64,000 nt of DNA, taken from positions 73,101 to 137,100 of the forward strand of contig DHRG01000044.1 in NCBI GenBank assembly GCA_002408285.1, read 5' to 3'. The DNA is from Peptococcaceae bacterium UBA5318 (GTDB lineage Bacteria > Bacillota > Peptococcia > DRI-13 > UBA5318). Of this stretch, positions 1 through 8,827 are shown one piece after another. The notes under the pieces are model-generated. The model made no database searches, was not told the origin of the DNA, and saw only the letters and a list, made by a program, of their open reading frames with translations. The position numbers and the translations under genes were made by a program. Numbering within the stretch: position 1 is the stretch's first letter; every line of letters begins with the position of its first letter.

Positions 1-467
1 GTAGTTCTAATAATAGTCGGCAGAATCATAATGGCTGCCGTAAGGGAGCCCGAAATCAGCGACCAGCCGCCGGTCACCGGTTTCAATAACACCACGAAAA
101 ACGCAAAACCGAAGAGGCCAAATACTATGGAAGGGATACCTGCCAAAGCGTCCGTACCAAACCTTATGACTCCGGCTACAGGCCCGCGGCTCATATATTC
201 CGTCAGATAAATGGCGGCCAGGACGCCGACAGGAACAGACATAACAAGAGTTACTAGGGTAAATATTACGGTGCTTATAATCGTCGAAAAAATACCCCCT
301 TTGGCCCCCATAGCTTCAGGCTCAGTGGTAAGAAACTCCCAGCTCACTTTGGGCAACCCGTTCAATAAAATATAGCCCAGCACTAATACCAGGAAGGTAA
401 CAGTCAATATTGCCGCAACCCACATGATAAACTTGGCAATTTTCTCGGTTGTACGGGGTTTAAGCAT
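1..467 (-). CDS. pstA: Phosphate ABC transporter permease PstA, N-terminal part (gene continues past the window start)
   Basis: Absent from the ORF track because the window edge cuts it. Hand translation from ATG at 467 gives MLKPRTTEKIAKFIMWVAAILTV...DALAGIPSIVFGLFGFAFF...AAIMILPTIIRT, a PstA-type permease. The start lies next to the pstC stop (460-462). Gene order is pstS-pstC-pstA. Confidence 0.8.
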   Translation of the reverse strand, partial: MLKPRTTEKIAKFIMWVAAILTVTFLVLVLGYILLNGLPKVSWEFLTTEPEAMGAKGGIFSTIISTVIFTLVTLVMSVPVGVLAAIYLTEYMSRGPVAGVIRFGTDALAGIPSIVFGLFGFAFFVVLLKPVTGGWSLISGSLTAAIMILPTIIRT

Positions 468-1356
468 TTTTTACCCTCCTTTTAATGATCCGGAGCGCAA
501 AAGAATTTACGATCATAATAAAAACAAAAAGTACTATACCCGTAGCAAATAAGGCTTGAGTATGTTCTCCGGAAGAATAGGCCATTTCGATAGCAATATT
601 ACCTGTAAGACTCCTGACTGAAGAAAAAATTGAATCAGGGATTATCGGGGCATTGCCGGCCACCATGATAATGGCCATTGTTTCCCCGATAGCCCGTCCC
701 ATCCCCAGTATAACGGCAGCGATAATTCCTGAACCGGCCGCAGGTATCATCACCTTGTAAATAGTTTGCCAATGAGTCGCTCCCAAAGCTAAAGAGCCTT
801 CTTTATATTCGGCGGGCACGCTGCGAATAGCGTCTTCCGATATATTGATTATTGTCGGTAAGATCATGATAGATAGAATAATCGAACCGGCAATGATCCC
901 ATATCCGGAGGAAAGCAGAGGGTCTTCGGCATAGGCGGGAATTTTTGAGGCTAAAGCTCTGATGGCCGGTACGACGATGACCATACCAAACAACCCGTAG
1001 ACAACTGATGGAATCCCGGCTAACAACTCAATGGCCGGCCTGATTACAAGAGCTACAAGCCGCTTAGGCGCCAGTTCCGCTAAAAAAATAGCCGTGAGTA
1101 CACCCAAAGGGACTCCTAGGATTAGTGCGCCTACGGTAAGATAAATTGATCCTATGATCATCGGCCAAAGTCCATAAAGCTGAGTGCTGGGTTGCCATTT
1201 GCCGCCAAAAAGCACTTGAGGCAAACCATATTTTGAAAATACGGGCATTCCTTCCTTAAAGATAAACCCGCCGATCATGATGATAACTAATAAGGCGGTC
1301 AGCGCACTGGCAAACAATATTATTTTATAGGCCCTTTCTCTAAGCTTTCTTGGCAC
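460..1356 (-). CDS. pstC: Phosphate ABC transporter permease PstC
   Basis: 298-aa multi-TM protein with a binding-protein-dependent permease signature (GMGRAIGETMAIIMVAGN). It lies between pstS and pstA. Confidence 0.9.
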   Translation of the reverse strand: MPRKLRERAYKIILFASALTALLVIIMIGGFIFKEGMPVFSKYGLPQVLFGGKWQPSTQLYGLWPMIIGSIYLTVGALILGVPLGVLTAIFLAELAPKRLVALVIRPAIELLAGIPSVVYGLFGMVIVVPAIRALASKIPAYAEDPLLSSGYGIIAGSIILSIMILPTIINISEDAIRSVPAEYKEGSLALGATHWQTIYKVMIPAAGSGIIAAVILGMGRAIGETMAIIMVAGNAPIIPDSIFSSVRSLTGNIAIEMAYSSGEHTQALFATGIVLFVFIMIVNSFALRIIKRRVKNA

Positions 1357-1381
1357 CGTTTCACCTGCTTTACATGTTGGA

Positions 1382-2248
1382 TTATTTTACTGAAATGAAA
1401 CTCTCCTTGACTACAGCCTGTCCTTCATCACTCAGCACCCAGTCAATAAAAGTCTTGGTCGCGCCGGCCGGATCTTTTGGGGTCAGATAGATGAAGGGGC
1501 GCGAGATTTTATATGTTTTATTCTTGATGTTCTCGACAGTAGCTTCCACCCCATTAACCTTGACCGCCTTTACTTCGTCATTCAAAGAGCCAAGCGAAAC
1601 ATAACCAATAGCGTTTTTGTCAGCAGCGACAGCAGTTCTTACCGCACCCGTGGAATTTTGTACATTAGCTTTGTCAAAAATTTTTAATTCCTTGCCCGCC
1701 GCATCCTTGCCCAGAACAAGTTCTTCGAAAGCGCCGCGGGTACCGGAGCCCTCTTCACGGGTTATTACACGGATAACCCCATTATCTCCGCCCAGCAAAG
1801 ACCAATCGGTAACCTCCCCGAGGAAGATTTTTTTGATATCATCTTGCTTCAATTCAGCGGTTTTATTGTCCTTATGCACTATTACCGCGATACCGTCTAA
1901 AGCGATCACAAATTCCTTAACAGTTTTCTCTTCGGTTTTTAAATCACGGGAAGAAGCCCCTATATCAGCGGTTCCTTCCTGGGCCGCTTTAATTCCGGCG
2001 CCTGAACCGCCGCCCGCGACATTGATCCTTACTTTAGAATTTTTTGCCATAAACACCTTAGCCAGCTCTTCAGAAAGAGGTTGGACCGATGTAGACCCGG
2101 CTATTTGAATATTACCGGTCAGCTCATTAGGATCAGCGTTAGGGCCGGCATTCTCCGGCGTCTTGCTGCCGCCGCAACCTGTAGCTGTAACAGCCAGCAT
2201 AAGCGCCATTAGTAATGCAGGCATCCTTGTCTTAAACATTTTTTTCAT
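1382..2248 (-). CDS. pstS: Phosphate-binding lipoprotein PstS
   Basis: Lipoprotein signal with lipobox (LAVTATGCGG). PBP-like phosphate-binding motifs are present (GSTSVQP, GSGTRG). First gene of the pst cluster. Confidence 0.9.
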   Translation of the reverse strand: MKKMFKTRMPALLMALMLAVTATGCGGSKTPENAGPNADPNELTGNIQIAGSTSVQPLSEELAKVFMAKNSKVRINVAGGGSGAGIKAAQEGTADIGASSRDLKTEEKTVKEFVIALDGIAVIVHKDNKTAELKQDDIKKIFLGEVTDWSLLGGDNGVIRVITREEGSGTRGAFEELVLGKDAAGKELKIFDKANVQNSTGAVRTAVAADKNAIGYVSLGSLNDEVKAVKVNGVEATVENIKNKTYKISRPFIYLTPKDPAGATKTFIDWVLSDEGQAVVKESFISVK

Positions 2249-2289
2249 TTTCTTATCCCCCGCTTCTATTTTTATTTACGCGTTCATCC

Positions 2290-2339
2290 TAACAAGTTAT
2301 GATTAATCTCTAATTAAGCCAATGTTAAGCTTGTGTTAA
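2290..2339 (-). promoter_or_regulatory. PhoP-box array: five TTAACA-like hexamers at exact 11-bp phasing upstream of pstS
   Basis: The minus strand reads TTAACAcaagcTTAACAttggcTTAATTagagaTTAATCataacTTGTTA. Hexamers are at 2334-2339, 2323-2328, 2312-2317, 2301-2306 and 2290-2295. This matches the Firmicute PhoP direct-repeat consensus TT(A/T/C)ACA with about 5-bp spacers. Confidence 0.55.
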
Positions 2340-2380
2340 AAAAGCAGCCTCAGTTCGGTCTTTTACCGAACTGAGGCTGC
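2338..2380 (-). terminator. Rho-independent terminator of the V-ATPase operon
   Basis: Perfect 15-bp stem (2344-2358 gcagcctcagttcgg / 2366-2380 ccgaactgaggctgc) with a 7-nt loop. A run of 6 T follows on the minus strand (plus-strand A-run 2338-2343). It lies 29 nt after the atpD stop. Confidence 0.8.
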
Positions 2381-2408
2381 CTAAAAATCTTTTGATTCTA
2401 TTTATGCT

Positions 2409-3110
2409 TTAATGCATACTCTGATAAGCGGCGATGCCCTCTTCCATCAGCTTGCGTTTTGCCTGCCGCGCCTCTTCCAGCATCATGTCTTTGACTTTCA
2501 TGAGCCGCGACAAGTTGCCGCGCTCGTTCTCGCCCAGCTTCATACGGATCGACTTAATCGTGTCCTCCAACTGGGGTATCATAACATGTTCAAGGGCGTT
2601 GACACGGCGGCGAGTTTTTTCAATCTCCTGGGCAAGCATCTGGGCGCTCTTTTCCGCTTCAGCCAGCTCCAGCAGCAGAGGAAGGGCTTTGGACAGTGCC
2701 TCTATCGACGCGTCCAACTCGCCGGATGTGAAAGCATAACCATAAGGATAAATATTTTGAGGATCGTCACTGGACATTTGAAAGGAGAATCTAGGCACAT
2801 TCACACTCATCACATTTCGATAAGATATCTTCAATTTCACCGACTGTTTCGGGAACATGAGCGCTTCGTGCATGTTTTCCGGCGAGGTTACGGCGGCGGC
2901 AATCTGAAAATTCTTGTGCGATGCGAGGATCATGGCCTCAACCTGCTCTCTAAGTTCCTTATTCCTGCGAACAAGTTCGAGAAACTTACGCATCAGATCA
3001 TCTCTCTTGTCCTTTAAGAGCTTATGTCCGCGCCGGGAGGTTACAAGCCGTTTTTTTAGCTTGGTCATCTCCATCCTTGTTGGATTCACAGGCAATAATT
3101 TAACAGCCAT
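2409..3110 (-). CDS. atpD: V-type ATP synthase subunit D
   Basis: 233-aa coiled-coil protein beginning MAVKLLPVNPTRMEMTKLKKRL, typical of V/A-ATPase D. Last gene of the operon. Confidence 0.9.
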   Translation of the reverse strand: MAVKLLPVNPTRMEMTKLKKRLVTSRRGHKLLKDKRDDLMRKFLELVRRNKELREQVEAMILASHKNFQIAAAVTSPENMHEALMFPKQSVKLKISYRNVMSVNVPRFSFQMSSDDPQNIYPYGYAFTSGELDASIEALSKALPLLLELAEAEKSAQMLAQEIEKTRRRVNALEHVMIPQLEDTIKSIRMKLGENERGNLSRLMKVKDMMLEEARQAKRKLMEEGIAAYQSMH

Positions 3111-3132
3111 ATCGGTTCATACCTTTCCTCCC

Positions 3133-4512
3133 CTATTTGTGTTCATCGGGATAGTATTTGTCAAGATGTTGACTGCGCACACGTTTGAGCTCGCCACGGG
3201 GCAGGATCTTCAGTAAATCCCAACCGATGTCCAGGGTTTCCTCAATGGTCCTGTTAGTTTCATATCCTTGGGAAACATAACGTTTCTCAAATTCATCAGA
3301 GAATCTTGCATACAGCTTGTCGACATCAGTCAGAGCCGCCTCGCCAAGTATAACCATCAGCTCCTTGGTATCCTTCCCGCGGGAATAGGCTGCGAAAAGC
3401 TGGTTCATCGTATCGGCGTGATCCTCTCTGGTTTTTCCCTTGCCTATACCCTTGTCTTTCAGACGCGACAGCGAAGGAAGAACGTCGATAGGCGGAGTAA
3501 GGCCTTTGCGATGTAATTCACGGGACAGTATTACCTGTCCTTCAGTAATATAACCCGTCAGGTCGGGAATCGGATGGGTCTTGTCGTCCTCAGGCATTGT
3601 CAGGATAGGGATCATCGTAATGGAGCCTTCCGAGCCGATTTTCCTTCCGGCACGTTCGTACATGGTGGCCAGGTCGGTATACAGATAACCCGGATAACCA
3701 CGGCGGCCCGGAACCTCTTTACGGGCTGCGGACACCTCCCGCAGCGCCTCAGCGTAATTTGTTATATCTGTGATTATGACCAGTACGTGCATGTCTTTTT
3801 CAAAAGCCAGAAACTCCGCGGCGGTCAAAGCCATACGCGGCGTTGAGATACGCTCTACGGCAGGGTCGTCGGCCAGATTGATGAATAAGACTGTCCTGTC
3901 GATGGCGCCGGTCTTCTTAAAATCGGAAATAAAGAAATCGGCTTCTTCAAAAGTGATACCAACAGCGGCAAAGACAACGGCAAAGTTGGCCTCACCGCCG
4001 AGCACTTTGGACTGCCGCGCAATCTGGGCGGCTAATTCAGCATGGGGCAACCCGGACCCGGAAAATATCGGCAGCTTTTGTCCGCGCACCAGGGTGTTCA
4101 AACCATCAATAGCCGAAACCCCCGTTTGGATAAATTCGGCTGGGTAATCGCGGGCTACCGGATTGATAGGCGCACCATTGATATCCAGATGCTTTTCAGC
4201 CAATATGGCGGGGCCTCCATCCATCGGACTGCCCATTCCGTCAAAAACTCGGCCAAGCATATCAAGGGAAACTGCAAGCTCCGCGCCCTTCCCAAGGAAA
4301 CGCACCTTGCTTTGGGCCACATTGATGCCGGCCGCGCTCTCATAGAGCTGTACAAGCACGTTAGAACCGTCGATTTCCAGAACCTTGCACTGGCGTATAT
4401 CGCCATTAGCCAGCTCGATTTCGCCCAGTTCACCATTGGTCACTCCTTCGACCTGACGCACTAGCACTAGAGGGCCGGCAACTTCATCTATCGTTCTATA
4501 CTCTCGGATCAT
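3133..4512 (-). CDS. atpB: V-type ATP synthase subunit B
   Basis: 459 aa with clear V/A-type B subunit similarity ([25 protein letters not shown]). Confidence 0.95.
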   Translation of the reverse strand: MIREYRTIDEVAGPLVLVRQVEGVTNGELGEIELANGDIRQCKVLEIDGSNVLVQLYESAAGINVAQSKVRFLGKGAELAVSLDMLGRVFDGMGSPMDGGPAILAEKHLDINGAPINPVARDYPAEFIQTGVSAIDGLNTLVRGQKLPIFSGSGLPHAELAAQIARQSKVLGGEANFAVVFAAVGITFEEADFFISDFKKTGAIDRTVLFINLADDPAVERISTPRMALTAAEFLAFEKDMHVLVIITDITNYAEALREVSAARKEVPGRRGYPGYLYTDLATMYERAGRKIGSEGSITMIPILTMPEDDKTHPIPDLTGYITEGQVILSRELHRKGLTPPIDVLPSLSRLKDKGIGKGKTREDHADTMNQLFAAYSRGKDTKELMVILGEAALTDVDKLYARFSDEFEKRYVSQGYETNRTIEETLDIGWDLLKILPRGELKRVRSQHLDKYYPDEHK

Positions 4513-4514
4513 AT

Positions 4515-6284
4515 TTACTCCGCCTCCTTTTCTACCAGTGCGTTGATCGATTCCTCAAGCTCCTTGGCTATGGCTGCAAATCCGGTGGAAAGATCGGCGT
4601 CGGGAGTATACTTGGCCCGGGCTATTCGTTCGCGCACCGGAAGGCTAAAGAGCTTGTTCATATCGGCGCCTCTTTGCAGCGCTTCACTTCCGTGCTCGTA
4701 ATATTGTATAACCAGTTTGAGCAAAGATGTCTGCTTTTTCAGCGATGTATAATAATCATTCTCATCGAAGGAATTCTGCTGGAGATAGTCCTCGCGAATG
4801 GAACGGGCGCTTTCTAAAACCAGACGTTCCGAGGCTGACAGGGCGTCGACACCCACAAGGCGGACGATTTCCTCCAATTCCGATTCCTTCTGCAGCAGTT
4901 CCATGGTTATATCCCGGTATCTTCTCCAGTTCTCATCCACATTTTCATTCATCCACCTGGAGATGGTTTCTATATACAGCGAATAGCTGTTAAGCCAACT
5001 GATAGCCGGGAAATGACGCGCATAAGCCAGGCTCGAATCCAGTCCCCAGAAAACCTTGACAATACGAAGGGTAGCCTGTGAAACAGGTTCGGAGATATCC
5101 CCGCCTGGGGGTGAAACTGCGCCAATGGCTGTAAGACTTGCCTTGCGTCCCTCCTGCCCCTTGCATATAACGCTTCCGGCCCGCTCGTAAAACTGAGCCA
5201 GACGGGAGGTCAGATAAGCGGGGTATCCTTCTTCACCGGGCATTTCCTCAAGTCTTCCGGACATTTCACGTAAGGCTTCAGCCCAACGGGAAGTCGAGTC
5301 GGCCATTATCGCCACATGATATCCCATATCGCGAAAATATTCCCCAATCGTGATACCTGTATAGATGGAGGCTTCGCGGGCTGCCACCGGCATATCGGAG
5401 GTATTGGCGATCATAATAGTTCTTTTCATAAGGGATTCGCCTGTACGCGGATCGGCCAGTTCGGGAAACTCCAGTAAAACGTCGGTCATCTCATTACCAC
5501 GCTCACCACATCCGACATAAACAACGATATCCACATCGGACCATTTGGCAAGCTGGTGCTGGATAACCGTTTTGCCGCTGCCGAAAGGACCGGGAACTGC
5601 CGCTGTTCCGCCCTTAGGAAGCGGGAACAGGGTATCAATGACCCGCTGTCCGGTAATCATCGGTACTCCGGGCGCCAGTTTTTGTTTATAAGGCCGGCCG
5701 ATACGGACAGGCCATTTTTGCAGCATCGGATAAGTATGGCTTTCGCCATCATCGCCTTTGATAGTCACAATAGGCTCGATAATAGTGAAGGAACCGGCTT
5801 CGATCTTCTCAATAGTGCCGCTTACACGGTGGGGGACCATGATTTTGTGTAAAACCACGGGGGTTTCCTGTACCGTACCAAGAATGTCCCCGGCCTCAAC
5901 CTTATCCCCTACTTTGGCGACCGGAACAAAGTCCCATTTCTTCTCATGGTTTAGAGGAGTGACCTCAATACCCCGGGTGATATTGGTACCCGCCACGTCC
6001 ATCATGGCTTTCAGCGGGCGCTGTATTCCATCGAACATGGTTTCAATAAGTCCGGGAGCCAGTTCGACCGAAAGCTGTGCTCCGGTCGTCACTACAACAC
6101 TACCGGGGCCTAATCCCGCTGTTTCTTCGTAAACCTGAACCGAGGCCTGGTCGCCCCTCATTTCAATAATTTCACCGATGAGCTTTTGAGGTCCGACCTG
6201 GACAACGTCATAGAGGTTTACATCCCGCATACCGTCGGCTACAACAAGCGGCCCGGAGATTTTTACAATTCTACCTTCGCTCAT
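4515..6284 (-). CDS. atpA: V-type ATP synthase catalytic subunit A
   Basis: 589 aa with Walker A GPFGSGKT and the non-homologous insert typical of V/A-type A subunits. Confidence 0.95.
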   Translation of the reverse strand: MSEGRIVKISGPLVVADGMRDVNLYDVVQVGPQKLIGEIIEMRGDQASVQVYEETAGLGPGSVVVTTGAQLSVELAPGLIETMFDGIQRPLKAMMDVAGTNITRGIEVTPLNHEKKWDFVPVAKVGDKVEAGDILGTVQETPVVLHKIMVPHRVSGTIEKIEAGSFTIIEPIVTIKGDDGESHTYPMLQKWPVRIGRPYKQKLAPGVPMITGQRVIDTLFPLPKGGTAAVPGPFGSGKTVIQHQLAKWSDVDIVVYVGCGERGNEMTDVLLEFPELADPRTGESLMKRTIMIANTSDMPVAAREASIYTGITIGEYFRDMGYHVAIMADSTSRWAEALREMSGRLEEMPGEEGYPAYLTSRLAQFYERAGSVICKGQEGRKASLTAIGAVSPPGGDISEPVSQATLRIVKVFWGLDSSLAYARHFPAISWLNSYSLYIETISRWMNENVDENWRRYRDITMELLQKESELEEIVRLVGVDALSASERLVLESARSIREDYLQQNSFDENDYYTSLKKQTSLLKLVIQYYEHGSEALQRGADMNKLFSLPVRERIARAKYTPDADLSTGFAAIAKELEESINALVEKEAE

Positions 6285-6346
6285 GTTAAGAACTCACCTG
6301 CTTTCGCATGAATTTACGGATGGTTGATGCCGCATCATATCTTTGT

Positions 6347-6667
6347 CTATTCATCTCTAAAGAGGATATCCGCGCCCACGGCGCGTTCCACGCTCTTTTT
6401 TACGTTTGCCATCCCCAGTCCCAACGATCCTTCTTTGCCGGGTATGGGTAAAATCGCCGGAATTGTGGAGTCCTTATATCTGTCGACCGTGTCTTGTATC
6501 TTCTGAAATACCGATTCTGTTATATATATGACAGCATAGTCCTCCTTGGCAAGTTTCACCAGCGTATCCTCCGCTTCTTCCTTGCCGGTCACCGCGAACA
6601 CCGAAAAACCCAAGGCCATAAACCCCAGTACGCTTTCACGGTCTCCAATTACAGCTATCTTATACAT
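6347..6667 (-). CDS. atpF: V-type ATP synthase subunit F
   Basis: 106 aa starting MYKIAVIGDRESVLGFMALG, typical of subunit F. Position is between C and A. Confidence 0.85.
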   Translation of the reverse strand: MYKIAVIGDRESVLGFMALGFSVFAVTGKEEAEDTLVKLAKEDYAVIYITESVFQKIQDTVDRYKDSTIPAILPIPGKEGSLGLGMANVKKSVERAVGADILFRDE

Positions 6668-7652
6668 ATGTTCCCCTCACCCTCTCGGCAATTTGTTCAG
6701 ACTTAATATCCGCCGCCTTGCCTGCTAAAATGATGCGGGCTGTTTTTATGTCACTCTCTTTTGCCGCCATATAAGCAACAATAGTTTCAACGCCAAACGA
6801 CACTATCTTCGCTTTTTTCAACTTGCCGATCTTGAAATCATCCAGGATCTTTTCAAGGTTGCCCAGATTCCCTGCAGAAATATGAGGTGCAGCCGCCTCC
6901 AACACCTTCCCGAAATCCGTATAAGACAAGGCCTGGGCAAAAGTGTTGGTATCATCGTCGAAATGGGCGAGGAAAACCGGCAGCCCGATCGTTCCGCCCT
7001 CGAAAAAGACATTCCTGAACAGCTCGGCATTTCCGCCCTGACGTTTTATCCGGGCGTACGCCTTAATATTGGCGCTGTCGATTTCCCTTTTTACATATTC
7101 AAGAACAAAAGGAGATCTCATGTTCTTAGCCTTAAACAACATCTCTTCAAAACATGCGGCGTCAAGTATCAGGTCAATGCATTGGGGATCGCCTGTTTTT
7201 CCATACTCTTCGATCGCATAACCGGAAGCATTCCGCATAATAGGCGACATTACTTCAAAACTGCGGTCATGTATCGACGTCTTGAGCCTTGCCACCTGAA
7301 GCTCGCCCAAGGGTGAAAATACACCCTCTTCACGTCCCAGAAATTCCGATTTCAGCAAAATCTTCACGTTGAGATAGTCATATTGTAATTGAAAAACGGA
7401 AACCAGCTCAGGGTCCAGGGATCTGACGATGGCAAACGTCTTCCGGTGTTCCTGCGTGAGAAGTTCTTCGTAACGTGCCGACGGTAATTCTTGCCCATCG
7501 CCGTACTCACAGTCACCAAGCACCTTGACGCTGTCTTCAAGAGTTTTGGCGTCAAGCATGCGGTCGATGCGCTCCTTGTTCAACAATGTTTTTTCAAGGG
7601 CTCTGATACGACCAGAAGCGTATAAGTAGTCCGTATTCTTGCGTTTAGACAT
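6660..7652 (-). CDS. atpC: V-type ATP synthase subunit C
   Basis: 330-aa helical protein. N-terminal YLYASGRIRALE motif and operon position fit subunit C (d-like). Confidence 0.85.
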   Translation of the reverse strand: MSKRKNTDYLYASGRIRALEKTLLNKERIDRMLDAKTLEDSVKVLGDCEYGDGQELPSARYEELLTQEHRKTFAIVRSLDPELVSVFQLQYDYLNVKILLKSEFLGREEGVFSPLGELQVARLKTSIHDRSFEVMSPIMRNASGYAIEEYGKTGDPQCIDLILDAACFEEMLFKAKNMRSPFVLEYVKREIDSANIKAYARIKRQGGNAELFRNVFFEGGTIGLPVFLAHFDDDTNTFAQALSYTDFGKVLEAAAPHISAGNLGNLEKILDDFKIGKLKKAKIVSFGVETIVAYMAAKESDIKTARIILAGKAADIKSEQIAERVRGTYV

Positions 7653-7666
7653 TTGATCCCTCCTTC

Positions 7667-8287
7667 CTAACCTTTTCCACCGGTTCCTTCAGTAAACAGC
7701 ACTTCGGCGATCCTGCTCTCCAATTCCTCTTTGGAAACCTTGACCAAGGCATCATAGGTATTGTTGTATTCAATATCGTCTATTTTCAGGATAAAACCGC
7801 CGCCGGCATTAATGACACGGTCAGATATCTTCAGGCCGGTCTTGATGCCTTTTTGGGCGTAAAGCTCCGTAACAGCGGACAGCAAACCGCTGCCAAATTC
7901 AGCGGCCTCCTTGGCGGTCATCAGGATTTCTCCGCGGCCGTCAGGGGACGCCTCATAGACACGCGGCGCCAACATAGCGATCTTGCTGTCGGCAGACATC
8001 GCAGAAAGTTTACTCAGCGCTTTTTCAAATACGCTGTCCAGAATCTGACGGCGTACCGTCAAGACCTCCTTGCGGAGTTCTGATTCTATCGCCGACAGCT
8101 TCCGCTTTTTCTGTTCCTCCGCTGCCTGAGAAGCTTCTTGCGCTGCCTGTTTTGTATAAGCATCGGCCTGTTCTTTGGCCTTTTGCAGACTTTTTTGGGC
8201 TTCGGAATTAGCCGACGCTATTACAGCATTGCGGGATTCTTCGGCCTCGTTCAAGATTCGTTCAGTTATTTTTTGTGTGCTTTGCAA
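7667..8287 (-). CDS. atpE: V-type ATP synthase subunit E
   Basis: 206 aa with a long charged N-terminal helix plus a globular C-terminus. Operon position fits. Confidence 0.8.
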   Translation of the reverse strand: MQSTQKITERILNEAEESRNAVIASANSEAQKSLQKAKEQADAYTKQAAQEASQAAEEQKKRKLSAIESELRKEVLTVRRQILDSVFEKALSKLSAMSADSKIAMLAPRVYEASPDGRGEILMTAKEAAEFGSGLLSAVTELYAQKGIKTGLKISDRVINAGGGFILKIDDIEYNNTYDALVKVSKEELESRIAEVLFTEGTGGKG

Positions 8288-8334
8288 AGCATAGCTCCTC
8301 CTTCCTTAATAATCAGATGCGGCCTTTTTGAAAA

Positions 8335-8826
8335 TTACAGTTTGAGCCCATTGACCATCAGGAAAGATACTAATAACGACAAAATAGCATACGTTTCAAC
8401 CATGGCCGGATAAATCATGGCCTTGGCAAACTCTTCAGGCCGCTTGGCAATAGTGCCTACGCCGGCTGCGGACGCCTTGCCCTGGGCGATTGCCGAACCC
8501 AGCCCGCACCAGGCGATCGGCTGTGCGGCTGCGAACAGGTAAAGTCCCTGGTAAAGGGTAATATCAACAGGAGTACCGATAACGCCAATTTTCAGCATGA
8601 TGATAAAAGCGATCAGCAGGCCGTATATACCCTGCGTACCTGGAAGCGCCTGTAAGACCAACGTCTGTCCAAACTTCTCGGGTTCTTCCGAGATAAGTCC
8701 CGCGGCAGCCTCGCCGCAGATGCCAACTCCTATTGCGGAACCAATGCCTGCAAGCATTGCCGCCATAGATGCTCCTAAAACTGCCCAAAATGTCCCATTC
8801 CCAAAAATAAGTTCCAACATTTCCAT
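8335..8826 (-). CDS. atpK: V-type ATP synthase proteolipid subunit K (4-TM, duplicated c-type)
   Basis: Glycine/alanine-rich TM hairpins with a carboxylate in MVETYAIL. I start it at the internal ATG 8826 (MEMLELIF...), one nt after the atpI stop (8828-8830). The track's longer start would overlap atpI by 90 nt. Confidence 0.85.
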   Translation of the reverse strand: MEMLELIFGNGTFWAVLGASMAAMLAGIGSAIGVGICGEAAAGLISEEPEKFGQTLVLQALPGTQGIYGLLIAFIIMLKIGVIGTPVDITLYQGLYLFAAAQPIAWCGLGSAIAQGKASAAGVGTIAKRPEEFAKAMIYPAMVETYAILSLLVSFLMVNGLKL

Positions 8827-8827
8827 G

